A stretch of DNA of 62,213 nt from an uncultured Rickettsiales bacterium (GCA_964584075.1 CAZOYV010000006.1:1-62213), one strand, 5' to 3'. Numbered from the stretch's first letter, positions 1 to 9,647 are shown. The notes: generated by a model from the sequence alone, not told the origin. A program made the numbers and translations.

Positions 1-100
1 GAGGTGCCGGTCTCAGGACCGGCCCTCCGCTACTCTACCGCCTTTGCGTGAGAACTTCTTCTTCCTCTTCTTCGAGGGGCCGCGGCGCCCGCCCGGGCCG

Positions 101-2557
101 CTAGTAGCAGTAGGTCTGGGTCGTCGTCGTGAAGCCGTTGATCTGCGTGATCACCCCGCTGGGCCAGTCGATGTCGGCCACGTCCCACAGCTGGTCGTCG
201 GAGATCATGTTGCGCGTGTAGGTCGCCTGGAGGATCCCCGAGAGGTAGATCCGGACGGTGGCGATCGTCGAGGCGCAGCCGCCGGGGCACGAGCTGGCGG
301 CGTCCTCGCCGTAGTAGTGGACCATCACCTCGTAGGTCCCGCTGGCGGGGGTGACGATGTTGATGTTCTCCGGGCCCCAGCCGTAGATCGCGTCGATGTC
401 GAGGCTGGGATCGTCGTCGGGGCTGCCGGTGTACCACGCCGGGTTCATGTTGCAGTAGCAGCAGTCCCACGGGCTGTCGAAGAAGCTGTGGCCGGTCTGC
501 ACCAGGTGCAGGTCGAGGTCGGGGTCGCCGTGGTCCCAGACCAGCTGGATGTGCATGTCCTGCCACGGCACGACGTCCACCTGGCAGGTCACCGGCGTGG
601 ACCACAGCCCGGTGGTGTCCATCACCCGCAGCTCGACGAGGTAGGTCCCGGCCAGGTCGAGCCACAGGGTCGGGTTGACCGAGGTGGGGTTGACCAGGTT
701 GGTGGTGGACCCCGAGGGCTGGCTGACCAGGCTCCACTGGTAGCTCAGCGGCACGTTGTTGTTCGGGTCGTGGCTGCCCGAGCCGTCGAACTGGGCGGTG
801 TCGAGCGGGTCGTAGGCGTACGGCCCGCCGCAGTCGGCCACCGGCGGGTCGTTGACCACCACGCCCTGGCCCAGCAGGTCGACGAACACCACCGGCTCGT
901 CCGGGTCGTTGCTCTCGATCGCGATCTGTCCCGTGTAGCTCTGTGGTGCGCTGGGGGTGAAGCCGACCTCCATCATCACGCTGCCCATCGCCGGGATCAC
1001 CGATCCTGCCGGGTTGGACACGATCGTGAACTCGGCCGGGGCGTTGAGGTTGATCGCGGTGAGCGACAGGTCGGCCTGGCCCAGGTTGTGGATCGTGGTG
1101 AACGCGGTGACGTTGGTGCCCACCGGGACCTGGCCGAAGTCGATCGTCCACGGGTCGCAGTCGATGTCGGGGTACAGCGTGGGCTGGGCCACCAGCTGGA
1201 CGTCGACCACCGGCTCGTCGGGGTCGTTGCTGGCGATGCTCAGCGTGCCGCTGTCGGCGACGGTGTCGACCGGGGAGTAGGTCACCCAGATCACGTCCAG
1301 GTCGCCGGTGGCGAGCGAGGCGGGGAACGGGTTGGTCGAGATCGCGAACTCGGCGCTGCCGCTGATCGTCACGCCGGTGACGTCCAGCGGGGCCCCGCCC
1401 ACGTTGGACACGTCCACCGGCAGCGGCAGGGTCTGGCCGATGTCCACCACGCCGAAGTCCACCAGCAGCGGGTCGACGAGGATGTCGGGCACCGGCTGGA
1501 ACTCGCCGATCAGCTCGAGGTACGCGGGGTCCTCGTCGGGGTCGTTGCTCGGGATCACCACCTGGCCGGTGTCCTGGCCGGTGTCGCTGGGGGTGTAGGT
1601 CACGGTGATCGTGTCGCACGCCTGCGGCGCCAGCGTGACGCTGGACGGCGCGCCGTCGAGGGTGAAGTCCGAGGACCCGCTGAGCGTGATCGCGCCGAGG
1701 TCGAGGTCCGCCGAGCCGATGTTCCAGACCAGCGAGTCGAGCTGCAGCGAGTTGCCGATCAGCACCGCCCCGAAGTCCAGCAGCGGCGGATCCAGCTCGA
1801 TGTCGGGGGCCGGGGCCATCTCCCCGCTGATCGGGATCTGGACCTCGGGCTCGTTGCTGGCGTTGCTGTGGATCTTCAGCGTGCCGACGTCGGCCTGGGG
1901 GTCGTCGGGGACGTACGAGACGCCGACCTGGATGCTGTAGCCCGGCGGCAAGACGACCGGCGCCGGGTTGGACTGCAGGGTGAAGTCGGTGGAGCTGCCG
2001 GGGGACAGGTAGATGTCGTCGATCTCCAGATCGGAGGTCCCGGTGCTGGTCAGCGTCACGACCTCGACCGCCTGGACGTAGCTCGGTACGGCGCCGAAGT
2101 CGATCGCGGTGGGCGTCCAGTCGATCTCGGCCCACGGCTCCTCGACCACGTCCAGGACGTGGACCGGGACCTCGATCTCGGGCTCGTCGGGGTCGTTGCT
2201 GGTCACCAGGATCACGTCCTCGGCCGGGCCGAGCTCGCCGGTGTCGAGCTCGACGAGCAGCTTCACGCCGGTGCTGGGATGGATCTCGCCGCTGTAGTTC
2301 TCGACCGAGAACGGGCCGCTGCCGTCGACCAGCACCACCGAGTCGACGTACAGCGAGCCGCCGCCGATGTTGTCGACCGCCAGCGTCTGCTCGGCGACCA
2401 CGCCCTGCAGCACGGTACCGAACCCGATCTCGTCGGGGTTGACGAAGATGTCGGGCGGCAGCTCGTGCAGCACGTTGTCGTTGCACGCCGCCCCGGCGAG
2501 CAGCAGCGCCGCCGCGGTGGTGAGCACCGGCCCACGGATCCATCGTCGATGCGTCAT
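101..2557 (-). CDS. Secreted lipoprotein with five choice-of-anchor D/ASH-type Ig repeats, a PKD domain and a C-terminal YfaP/DUF2135-like domain (~818 aa)
   Basis: Start trimmed to MTHRRW. Lipobox LAGAAC. Five repeats of PDIxxxPxxxDFGxV...SNDPDEP. PKD-like NDPPVADCG..FDGSGSHDP..LSYQW. C-terminal QLVWDHGDPDLDLH...DIDAIYGWGPENI. Confidence 0.8.
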   Translation of the reverse strand: MTHRRWIRGPVLTTAAALLLAGAACNDNVLHELPPDIFVNPDEIGFGTVLQGVVAEQTLAVDNIGGGSLYVDSVVLVDGSGPFSVENYSGEIHPSTGVKLLVELDTGELGPAEDVILVTSNDPDEPEIEVPVHVLDVVEEPWAEIDWTPTAIDFGAVPSYVQAVEVVTLTSTGTSDLEIDDIYLSPGSSTDFTLQSNPAPVVLPPGYSIQVGVSYVPDDPQADVGTLKIHSNASNEPEVQIPISGEMAPAPDIELDPPLLDFGAVLIGNSLQLDSLVWNIGSADLDLGAITLSGSSDFTLDGAPSSVTLAPQACDTITVTYTPSDTGQDTGQVVIPSNDPDEDPAYLELIGEFQPVPDILVDPLLVDFGVVDIGQTLPLPVDVSNVGGAPLDVTGVTISGSAEFAISTNPFPASLATGDLDVIWVTYSPVDTVADSGTLSIASNDPDEPVVDVQLVAQPTLYPDIDCDPWTIDFGQVPVGTNVTAFTTIHNLGQADLSLTAINLNAPAEFTIVSNPAGSVIPAMGSVMMEVGFTPSAPQSYTGQIAIESNDPDEPVVFVDLLGQGVVVNDPPVADCGGPYAYDPLDTAQFDGSGSHDPNNNVPLSYQWSLVSQPSGSTTNLVNPTSVNPTLWLDLAGTYLVELRVMDTTGLWSTPVTCQVDVVPWQDMHIQLVWDHGDPDLDLHLVQTGHSFFDSPWDCCYCNMNPAWYTGSPDDDPSLDIDAIYGWGPENINIVTPASGTYEVMVHYYGEDAASSCPGGCASTIATVRIYLSGILQATYTRNMISDDQLWDVADIDWPSGVITQINGFTTTTQTYCY

Positions 2558-2697
2558 GGCACTACCCCGCGTTCCATACCGCCGATCGTTCTTCCCCGGA
2601 TGCGCGCAGTGTACCGGGGGTCGACAACCGCGACCAGGATAAACCCCGCGTCGCAAACCACTTGGCACGCCCCCCGCCGACCCTTCATGCTGGCGGC

Positions 2698-4635
2698 ATG
2701 CGCAGATGGACGATCGGAGTCGTGCTGGGGCTGTGCTGCGGGGTGCTCCCCGCCGGGGCGTCGGAGCCCACGGCCACCTGGGTGCTGTTCGCCGACAAGG
2801 GGATCGCGGCGGAGGCCGTGGACGCGGCGCTCCACGACCGCCGCAGCGAGCTGTCCCCGCGGGCGCTGCAGCGGCGGCAGCGGGTGCGCGGGGACGGGGG
2901 CGTCGACGTCCGCGATCTCCCCGTCGCCGCCGGCTACGTCGAGGCGGTGCTGGCCACCGGCGCGCGGCACCGCGCGACCTCGCGGTGGCTCAACGCGGTC
3001 AGCGTCGAGGCCGACCCCGCCCAGCGCGCGGCGATCGCGGCGCTGCCGTTCGTCGCCGAGCTGCGACCCGTGGCGCGCCGCGCGCGGGACGGCGATGGCG
3101 TCCCGCCGGTGCCGCCGGCGGTCCCGCCACCGGGTCTCGACCCGGTCTACGGCCTGGCCTTCGACCAGCTGGCGCTGATCGGGATCCCCAGCCTCCACGA
3201 GTGCGGCCTGACCGGCGCCGGGGTGGTGGTCGGGGTCCAGGACACCGGGTTCCAGCTCGACCACCAGGCGTTTGCCCACCTGGACGTGATCGCGACCCAC
3301 GACTTCATCGACGACGACGACGAGGTCGGGTTCGAGGACGGCGACCCCGAGGCGCAGCACCGCCACGGGACCTCGGTGCTGTCGCTGGTCGCCGGCTGGG
3401 ACGAGGGCACGTTCTGCGGTGTCGCGCCCGACGTGTCGGTGATCCTCTCCAAGACCGAGGACACCTCGCAGGAGGAGCCGATCGAGGAGGACTGGTGGGT
3501 CGAGGGCGTCGAGTGGGTCGAGGGCCAGGGCGCCGACCTGATGACCGCCTCGCTGGGCTACTTCGACTGGTACGAGCCCGAGGACCTGGACGGCCAGACG
3601 GCGGTCACGACCCAGGCGGCCAGCGTGGCGCTGGCCAACGGGCTGATCCTGGTCAACAGCGCCGGCAACGGCGGCCCCGGGCTGTTCACCCTCGGCGCCC
3701 CGGCGGACACCGACGGGCTGATCTCGGTGGGGGCGGTCAACGTCTTCGGCAGCCTCGCCGAGTTCTCCTCGCGCGGGCCCACCTGGGACGGCCGGCTCAA
3801 GCCCGACGTGTGCGCGATGGGGGTCCAGAACTGGGTCGCGGATCCCGACACCACCGACGAGTACCGCCAGGGCAACGGCACGAGCTACGCCGCGCCGATG
3901 ACCGCGGGGCTGGTGGCGCTGCTGCTGCAGGCCCACCCCGGCCTGGGCCCCTGGGAGATGCGCGACCTGCTGGCCAGCACGGCGTCGCAGGCCAGCATGC
4001 CAGACTGGAACATGGGGTGGGGGATCGCATCGGGCGTCGCCGCCGCGGGGCTGTACTGCACCTGCCAGGACCTGGACGCCGACGGCTGGTACGACGCCGA
4101 GTGCGGCGGGCTGGACTGCGACGACGCGCGCCCCGGGATCCACCCCGAGGCCACCGAGGTGTGCAACGGCTTCGACGACGACTGCGACGGCGTCCCGTTC
4201 CCCGGCGAGGAGGACCTGGACGCCGACACCGTGCTGGCCTGCGACGACGGCAGCGGGGAGACCGACTGCGACGACGAGGACCCGGCCAGCTGGCCCGGCG
4301 CCCCCGAGACGCCCTACGACGGCGTCGACCAGGACTGCGACGGCCAGGACCTCGTGGACGTCGACGGCGACGGGGTGCCGGGCCCCGCCGAGGACTGCGA
4401 CGACGACGACCCCGCGGTCCACCCCGGGGCCGGCGAGGACTGCGCCGACGGGATCGACAACGACTGCGACGGGAGGATCGACGGGGGGGACCCGGACTGC
4501 GCCGAGGACGACGGCGGGCCCACGCTGGAGGGCAGCGGGTGCGCGTGCGGGGTGGGGGACCGCGCCGCGAGCGCGGGTGTGCTGCTGTGGTTGCTGGCGG
4601 GGATCGCGCTGCTACAGCAGCGGCGCGTCGTGTAG
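2698..4635 (+). CDS. S8 (subtilisin-like) serine peptidase with MopE-like putative metal-binding repeats and a MYXO-CTERM-like sorting tail
   Basis: Signal peptide. Catalytic motifs VQDTG, HGT, SAGN, GTSYAAP. Repeats DCDD..IHPxAxExCNGxDDDCDG. C-terminus GSGCAC + hydrophobic stretch + RR. Confidence 0.9.
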   Translation: MRRWTIGVVLGLCCGVLPAGASEPTATWVLFADKGIAAEAVDAALHDRRSELSPRALQRRQRVRGDGGVDVRDLPVAAGYVEAVLATGARHRATSRWLNAVSVEADPAQRAAIAALPFVAELRPVARRARDGDGVPPVPPAVPPPGLDPVYGLAFDQLALIGIPSLHECGLTGAGVVVGVQDTGFQLDHQAFAHLDVIATHDFIDDDDEVGFEDGDPEAQHRHGTSVLSLVAGWDEGTFCGVAPDVSVILSKTEDTSQEEPIEEDWWVEGVEWVEGQGADLMTASLGYFDWYEPEDLDGQTAVTTQAASVALANGLILVNSAGNGGPGLFTLGAPADTDGLISVGAVNVFGSLAEFSSRGPTWDGRLKPDVCAMGVQNWVADPDTTDEYRQGNGTSYAAPMTAGLVALLLQAHPGLGPWEMRDLLASTASQASMPDWNMGWGIASGVAAAGLYCTCQDLDADGWYDAECGGLDCDDARPGIHPEATEVCNGFDDDCDGVPFPGEEDLDADTVLACDDGSGETDCDDEDPASWPGAPETPYDGVDQDCDGQDLVDVDGDGVPGPAEDCDDDDPAVHPGAGEDCADGIDNDCDGRIDGGDPDCAEDDGGPTLEGSGCACGVGDRAASAGVLLWLLAGIALLQQRRVV

Positions 4636-5652
4636 CGGGACGCGGCACAGCACGGGATCGTCGTCGCACACCGACAGCAGCTGGCGGTCGACCACCACCA
4701 GGCCGTGGAACGCGTCGGCGAGGTACACGCGGTCGGCGTCCGCGATCACGTCGGCCAGGCCGGTGCCCACCGAGATCGCGGCCATCGGCATCGGGTCCTC
4801 GTAGCCGCCCGCGGGGGCGCGCAGATCCACCAGGTGCAGCATCCGCGTGCCGCTGGCGACGGTGACCAGCGGGCCGTCGCAGAACAGCCCGCCGCGCTCC
4901 GGGGCGCCGCCGTCGAGCTCGAGCTCCACGGCGCCGACCGGGCGAAGCTCGCCGTCCTGCATCGCGAGCACGTGGAGCCAGCCGTGCTCGTCGAAGGCGA
5001 CGATCACCGGGTCGCCGCCGGGCTCGGGGCGGGTCTCGGCGACGGCCAGCACCTCGCCCTCGTCGAGCACGCACAGTGCCTCCTGGACCAGCGCGTCCCC
5101 CTCGGTGCGCAGCACCGCGAGCCCCTGGGAGCGCGCGGCCAGCACGCGGTCGTCCGCCGCCAGCGCGAGCGCGCTGATCCGCCCCGGGTAGTCCACGCGC
5201 CCGGTGGCGCGCAGCGCTCCGCTCGCGGCGTCGCGCAGGTCGAGACGCGAGCCGCAGGCCAGGACCACGCGGTCGCCGTCGCCGCGCAAGGTCCGGCAGC
5301 GGGCCGCGGGGCCGCCCGCGGGCAGCACGGTGCGGACCGCCTCGCCGCCCTTCCAGCGGGCCAGCCGCCCGGTCTCGTCGAGCAGCAGGATCCCGTCTTC
5401 CACGCGGGCGATGCCCACCAGCTTGCAGCCGGGGTCGATGCGCGGCCGCCGCTCGTAGCCGGGCAGCGCGACGACCTCCAGGCCGCGGGGGGTGGCGAGG
5501 CACAGCTGATCGTCCCAGCGGGCCAGGCGCTCGGGTCGGCCGCCGAGGAGGCTGTCCAGCATGCGCCGCGAGATGTCGTCGTCGTCGAGCAGCTCGTCGT
5601 CGGCCGGGGCCCCCTCGCGCGGGGGGAGCGGCCGCAGGTCGTAGCGAATCAT
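4612..5652 (-). CDS. Hypothetical beta-propeller protein with LVIVD-like repeats
   Basis: Start trimmed to MIRYDL. Motifs RVYLADAFHGLVVVD and LVTVASGTRMLHLVDLRAP resemble LVIVD blades. Confidence 0.55.
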   Translation of the reverse strand: MIRYDLRPLPPREGAPADDELLDDDDISRRMLDSLLGGRPERLARWDDQLCLATPRGLEVVALPGYERRPRIDPGCKLVGIARVEDGILLLDETGRLARWKGGEAVRTVLPAGGPAARCRTLRGDGDRVVLACGSRLDLRDAASGALRATGRVDYPGRISALALAADDRVLAARSQGLAVLRTEGDALVQEALCVLDEGEVLAVAETRPEPGGDPVIVAFDEHGWLHVLAMQDGELRPVGAVELELDGGAPERGGLFCDGPLVTVASGTRMLHLVDLRAPAGGYEDPMPMAAISVGTGLADVIADADRVYLADAFHGLVVVDRQLLSVCDDDPVLCRVPLHDAPLL

Positions 5653-5769
5653 CGATGCCTCGCCGGGTCCGTCGTCGTGGTGCCCGGAGTCGGGTGCCCA
5701 CCCACCATCGTACTGTACGGAGAGACGGGCTGGGCTGCAATGCTCGTGAATGTTGTTCATCTCCGGTTC

Positions 5770-6705
5770 TCAGGGGTGGAGCAGGGTCAGCACCCCGGCC
5801 ACCGTCGCCGCTGCAAGCGGCGCGCCACAGAACAGGGCCATCGGCAGCACCACGACCAGCGAGCGGGTGGTGCTGCACTGGTGCACCCGGGCGGTGCCGT
5901 TGATCATCAGCACGGTCCACCAGATCACCTGGATCAGCGCGCCGATCACGGGGAACAGCCCGAGCCAGCCGGTGCCGCCCAGCGCGTACAGCGCGACCTT
6001 CAGCGTCGCCGGCAGGCCGTGCTCGCCACCCGCCCCCACGACGCGCAGCGCCGCGTGCTGTGCAGCCGCCACGACCGCGAACAGCCCGAATGTCGCCAGC
6101 GGGGCCAGCAGCGCCATCCCGAGGTGGGCCGCGGCGGCGCCCAGCGCCTGCAGCAGCGGCCCCGGGCCGGCGCCTCCGCCGCCGCTCGACGTCACCGCCA
6201 GCCACAGCGCATCGAGCAGGACCCCACCGCCGGTGGCCGTGGTCTGCAGCATCCACCACACCTGGTGCAGCAGCGCCCCGAGCAGCGCGTAGCCCACGGC
6301 GGCGCCGAGGTCGCGGGTGGGGTGCAGCTGGTCGAAGAACGTGTCGGGGCGCGAGATCACCCCCGAGGTGGTCCGCCACCACGACCGCGCCCGCCCCAGC
6401 TCGCGGCGTTCCTCCCAGGCCACCGGGGCCACCAGCGTCTTGCGCAGCCGCCCCCGGCAGCGCTCGCAGTAGCGGATCCCGCGGATCGAGACGTCGCAGG
6501 CGGTGCAGGTGAACGCCCCGCAGCCCGCACACACGCCGCTGACCGGGTGGCCGGGGTGCTCGCGGCACCAGCCGGCAGGGCCGCGCGCCACCGCGGGGGG
6601 CGCCAGCTGCAGCGCCGCGCGGCACTCCACGCAGCGCCCGCCATCGAGATCGCCGGCGGCCTGGGCCGCGCCGCACTCGCCACACCGCCGGACCGCCGCG
6701 ACCAC
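5770..6705 (-). CDS. Zinc-ribbon/B-box-like zinc finger + Yip1-family membrane protein (paralogue 2)
   Basis: CxxC..CxxC, then C-x2-H...CxxCG.FTCxxC...CxxC. Multi-TM region with SRPDTFF and VHQCSTTRSLV, typical of Yip1. Confidence 0.75.
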   Translation of the reverse strand: MVAAVRRCGECGAAQAAGDLDGGRCVECRAALQLAPPAVARGPAGWCREHPGHPVSGVCAGCGAFTCTACDVSIRGIRYCERCRGRLRKTLVAPVAWEERRELGRARSWWRTTSGVISRPDTFFDQLHPTRDLGAAVGYALLGALLHQVWWMLQTTATGGGVLLDALWLAVTSSGGGGAGPGPLLQALGAAAAHLGMALLAPLATFGLFAVVAAAQHAALRVVGAGGEHGLPATLKVALYALGGTGWLGLFPVIGALIQVIWWTVLMINGTARVHQCSTTRSLVVVLPMALFCGAPLAAATVAGVLTLLHP

Positions 6706-6714
6706 GCCGTGCTC

Positions 6715-7131
6715 CTACGCCACGCCGGTGAGGATCGTGTACAGCCAGTTGGCGAGGAACACCACGACGCCGGCGACCCACAGCCCGGTCTTCTCGTGGC
6801 GGGTCAGGCCCAACCGCAGCGAGCCGAGGCGGAACGCGATGCGCACCGCGGTCCACAGCGTGAACCCCGCGGCGAGGAAGAACAGCAGGCTGCCCAGTGG
6901 GGACTGGACGATCCCCAGGATCGGCTCCAGGTGGACCTGGTGGACCCACGCGCGGGTCATCCCGCAGGTGAAGCACGGGTAGCCGGTGATCTGCTTGAAG
7001 CTGCAGATGTACGGGTTGCGGTGGAACGGGAACCACGCCGCGGCGGCGAAGGCCACCGCGAACAGCGCGGCGAACAGGGCGCGCTCGTCCCACTCGCGGC
7101 GCACGGGGCGGGGGCGCAGGCCGGGGCTCAC
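6715..7131 (-). CDS. DUF2752 family membrane protein (138 aa)
   Basis: Motif CSFKQITGYPCFTCGMTRA...SPLG. GTG start overlaps the upstream TGA (GTGA). It is the C-terminal part of ORF 6715..7992. Confidence 0.8.
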   Translation of the reverse strand: MSPGLRPRPVRREWDERALFAALFAVAFAAAAWFPFHRNPYICSFKQITGYPCFTCGMTRAWVHQVHLEPILGIVQSPLGSLLFFLAAGFTLWTAVRIAFRLGSLRLGLTRHEKTGLWVAGVVVFLANWLYTILTGVA

Positions 7132-8093
7132 CCGAGGACCTCCACGAGGATCATCACGAAGAAGAACGCCACGTACGCCACCACCGGCGCGATGCACACG
7201 ATCCCCACCGGGATCAGCACCGAGAGCGCGCGGGTCGGCGAGCAGCCGTGGACCTTGGAGATCCCGACGACCATCAGCCCGGTCCACCAGAACGGGTGCA
7301 GCCACTGCCCGACGTAGGGGACCAGCCCGCACCAGCCGGTGCCCAGCGCGTACAGCCCGATCTTGAGCGTCGCGACCAGGCCGAGCTCCCCGCCCGCCCC
7401 GAACAGGCGCAGCGTCCCGTGCTGCAGGCAGGCCATCAGCAGGTAGCCCAGCAGCGTCATCAGCGGAGCCAGCACGATCACGGCCATCCCCATCCCGCTG
7501 ACGAACCCCAGCCCGATCAGGGCGGGGTGGGGGCCCGAGCTGGGCGGGCCGGAAGGGGCGAACAGCCCCACGCCGCCGACCAGGATGCCCATCGCGACGT
7601 ACATCAGCCCGAACAGGATCTGCCACGACGACGTCAGCGTCGCGCCGATGCCCCCGTAGAGCAGCGCCGAGCCCAGGTCGCGGGTCGGCTCCATCGCGTC
7701 GAAGAACCGCGCCGGACGCGCCGTGATCTCGGCGGTCGTGCGCCACCAGCCCTGGAGCCAGCCGATCGCGCGCCGCTCCTCGAACGGCACCGGGGCGGTC
7801 AGCCGCACGGCGAGGTCGTCGCGGCACGAGCGGCACAGCCGCACCCCGCGGACGCTGACGTCGCAGGCGGTGCAGGTGAACGTGCCGCAGCGGCTGCACA
7901 CCCCGGTGACCGGCCGGTCGGGGTGCTCGGCGCACCACCCCGCCGGCCCGCGCGCCACGGGCGGCGCCGCCAGCCGCAGGTGCTGGTTGCACTCGGCGCA
8001 GCGCCGCGCCTCGGGATCGGCCTGCACCGCCCCGCAGTGGAAGCAGCGCGGGCCGCCGTCCTCGATCGCCACGGCCGTGCCCGTCTCGCTCAC
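7128..8093 (-). CDS. Zinc-ribbon/B-box-like zinc finger + Yip1-family membrane protein (paralogue 1, 321 aa)
   Basis: CFHC..CAEC, then CAEHPDRPVTGVCSRCGTFTCTAC. ARPARFF and VHGCSPTRAL Yip1-like motifs. GTGA overlap with the upstream gene. Confidence 0.75.
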   Translation of the reverse strand: MSETGTAVAIEDGGPRCFHCGAVQADPEARRCAECNQHLRLAAPPVARGPAGWCAEHPDRPVTGVCSRCGTFTCTACDVSVRGVRLCRSCRDDLAVRLTAPVPFEERRAIGWLQGWWRTTAEITARPARFFDAMEPTRDLGSALLYGGIGATLTSSWQILFGLMYVAMGILVGGVGLFAPSGPPSSGPHPALIGLGFVSGMGMAVIVLAPLMTLLGYLLMACLQHGTLRLFGAGGELGLVATLKIGLYALGTGWCGLVPYVGQWLHPFWWTGLMVVGISKVHGCSPTRALSVLIPVGIVCIAPVVAYVAFFFVMILVEVLG

Positions 8094-8776
8094 GACGCCA
8101 GCTCCCGCAGGAATCCGCCGCAGAGCAGCAACACCGTCGTCGCCCACGATACTCCCGCCAGGCGGGCGCGCGTGCCGCGGCGGTTCAGGCGGCGCTCCTC
8201 GACCCGCACCCCCAGCGTCGCCAGCAGCAGGCCGTGGGGCAGCAGCAGCGCCCAGAACCAGTTGGCCAGCCCCAGCGGGAAGGCGCGCAGCAGCACCAGC
8301 GCGGCCACCGGCGGGCCCGCCGCGGCGAGCCAGAACCCCAGCGCGCGGTGCAGCCGCCCGTGCTCGAACGGCGCGCCGGCGGGGTAGGCCAGGCGCGGCA
8401 GCAGCGACAGCGCGGCCACGCCCCCCAGCGCCGCGATCCACCACGCCCGGTGGACCACCACGCCCGGCATCGCGCTCCAGAACTCGGCGGGCGGTGGCGC
8501 GGGCCGGAACGCCCACCCCGCGCCGGTGGCCACCACCGCGGCGAGCCCCAGGACCCAGGCGCCGCCGCGGCGATCGGGGGGCTCGAGGCGGGACCCCAGC
8601 AGCGCCGCGGCGAGGCTCCCGACCGTCGCCGCCGCGCCCAGCGCCAGCGCCGCGCTCCACGGGCCGAGCAGCGGCCCGTCGCGCCACTCCAGCGCCAGCT
8701 GGCCGGCCTGCACGCCGAGGTAGGTGATCCCCCAGCACAGGAGGAACGGCTCGAGCCGGGAGCGGGGGTCAGCCAC
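8090..8776 (-). CDS. Hypothetical multi-pass membrane protein (228 aa)
   Basis: About six hydrophobic segments. Overlaps the lpxC stop and the downstream GTG start, consistent with operon packing. Confidence 0.6.
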   Translation of the reverse strand: MADPRSRLEPFLLCWGITYLGVQAGQLALEWRDGPLLGPWSAALALGAAATVGSLAAALLGSRLEPPDRRGGAWVLGLAAVVATGAGWAFRPAPPPAEFWSAMPGVVVHRAWWIAALGGVAALSLLPRLAYPAGAPFEHGRLHRALGFWLAAAGPPVAALVLLRAFPLGLANWFWALLLPHGLLLATLGVRVEERRLNRRGTRARLAGVSWATTVLLLCGGFLRELAS

Positions 8777-9647
8777 TCGCCGACAGCGACGGCGCGTCCT
8801 GGGTGTCGATCTCGACCGCGCCGCGCTCGAGCGCCAGCCGCACCAGCGACAGGTTGAAGGCGTGCCCGGAGCGGTGGGCCACGAAGCGGCCCAGCACCGG
8901 GGCGCCGAGCAGCGCCAGGTCGCCGATCATGTCCAGCAGCTTGTGGCGCACGCACTCGTCCTCGAAGCGCAGGCCCTCGGGGTTGAGCACCCGCTCGTCG
9001 TCGAGCACCACGGCGTTGTCCAGGCTGCCCCCCAGCGCCAGCCCGTGGCGGCGCATCGCGTCCACGTCGGCCAGCAGCCCGAACGTCCGCGCCGGGGCGA
9101 TCTCGGTGGCGAACGCGCGGGCGTCCCCCTCGAACTGCCGCCGCTGCGAGCGCAGCAGGGGGTGGTCGAAGGCGATCCGGCACTCCAGCGCCAGCCCCAC
9201 GTGGGGCTCGAGGCGGCACCAGCGGTCGTCGCCGGGGTCGCGGGCCTCCACCGGCGCGACGACCCGCAGCACCGTGCGCGGTACGCCCTGCTGGACCGTG
9301 CCGCCGTCGATCAGCGGCACGACGAACGGGCGCGCCGAGCCGTCGAGGATCGGGATCTCGGGGCCGTCGACCTCCACCAGTGCGTTGTCCACGCCGGTGC
9401 CGTGCAGCGCGGCGATCAGGTGCTCCACCGTGGCGACCCGGGCGTCGCCGACCCCCAGCGTGGTGGCCAGCGTGGTCTGCACCACGTGCTCGACGCGGGC
9501 GGGGATCCGCGGCGCCGCGGGCAGGTCCACGCGGCGGAACGCCAGCCCGTGGTCCGGGGGGGCGGGGTGCACCACCGCGCGGACCGTCCGGCCGCTGTGC
9601 AGGCCGATGCCCTCGAACGTCAGCGGCTTGCGTACCGTGCGCTGCAA
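8769..9647 (-). CDS. lpxC: UDP-3-O-acyl-N-acetylglucosamine deacetylase
   Basis: MQRT..GIGLHSG, TVEHL, EIPILDGSA, EIAPARTFG, GGSLDNAVV and HKLLDMIGDL zinc motifs. Confidence 0.97.
   Translation of the reverse strand: MQRTVRKPLTFEGIGLHSGRTVRAVVHPAPPDHGLAFRRVDLPAAPRIPARVEHVVQTTLATTLGVGDARVATVEHLIAALHGTGVDNALVEVDGPEIPILDGSARPFVVPLIDGGTVQQGVPRTVLRVVAPVEARDPGDDRWCRLEPHVGLALECRIAFDHPLLRSQRRQFEGDARAFATEIAPARTFGLLADVDAMRRHGLALGGSLDNAVVLDDERVLNPEGLRFEDECVRHKLLDMIGDLALLGAPVLGRFVAHRSGHAFNLSLVRLALERGAVEIDTQDAPSLSASG

Noticed and set aside
30-3178. Long alternative ORFs 30..2543 (-) and 44..3178 (+)
   Set aside because: Arg/Gly/Pro-rich shadow frames of the GC-rich Ig-repeat gene; no motifs.
3797-7317. 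ORFs 3797..7093 (-) and 4705..7317 (+)
   Set aside because: They span several real genes in other frames and have low-complexity translations.
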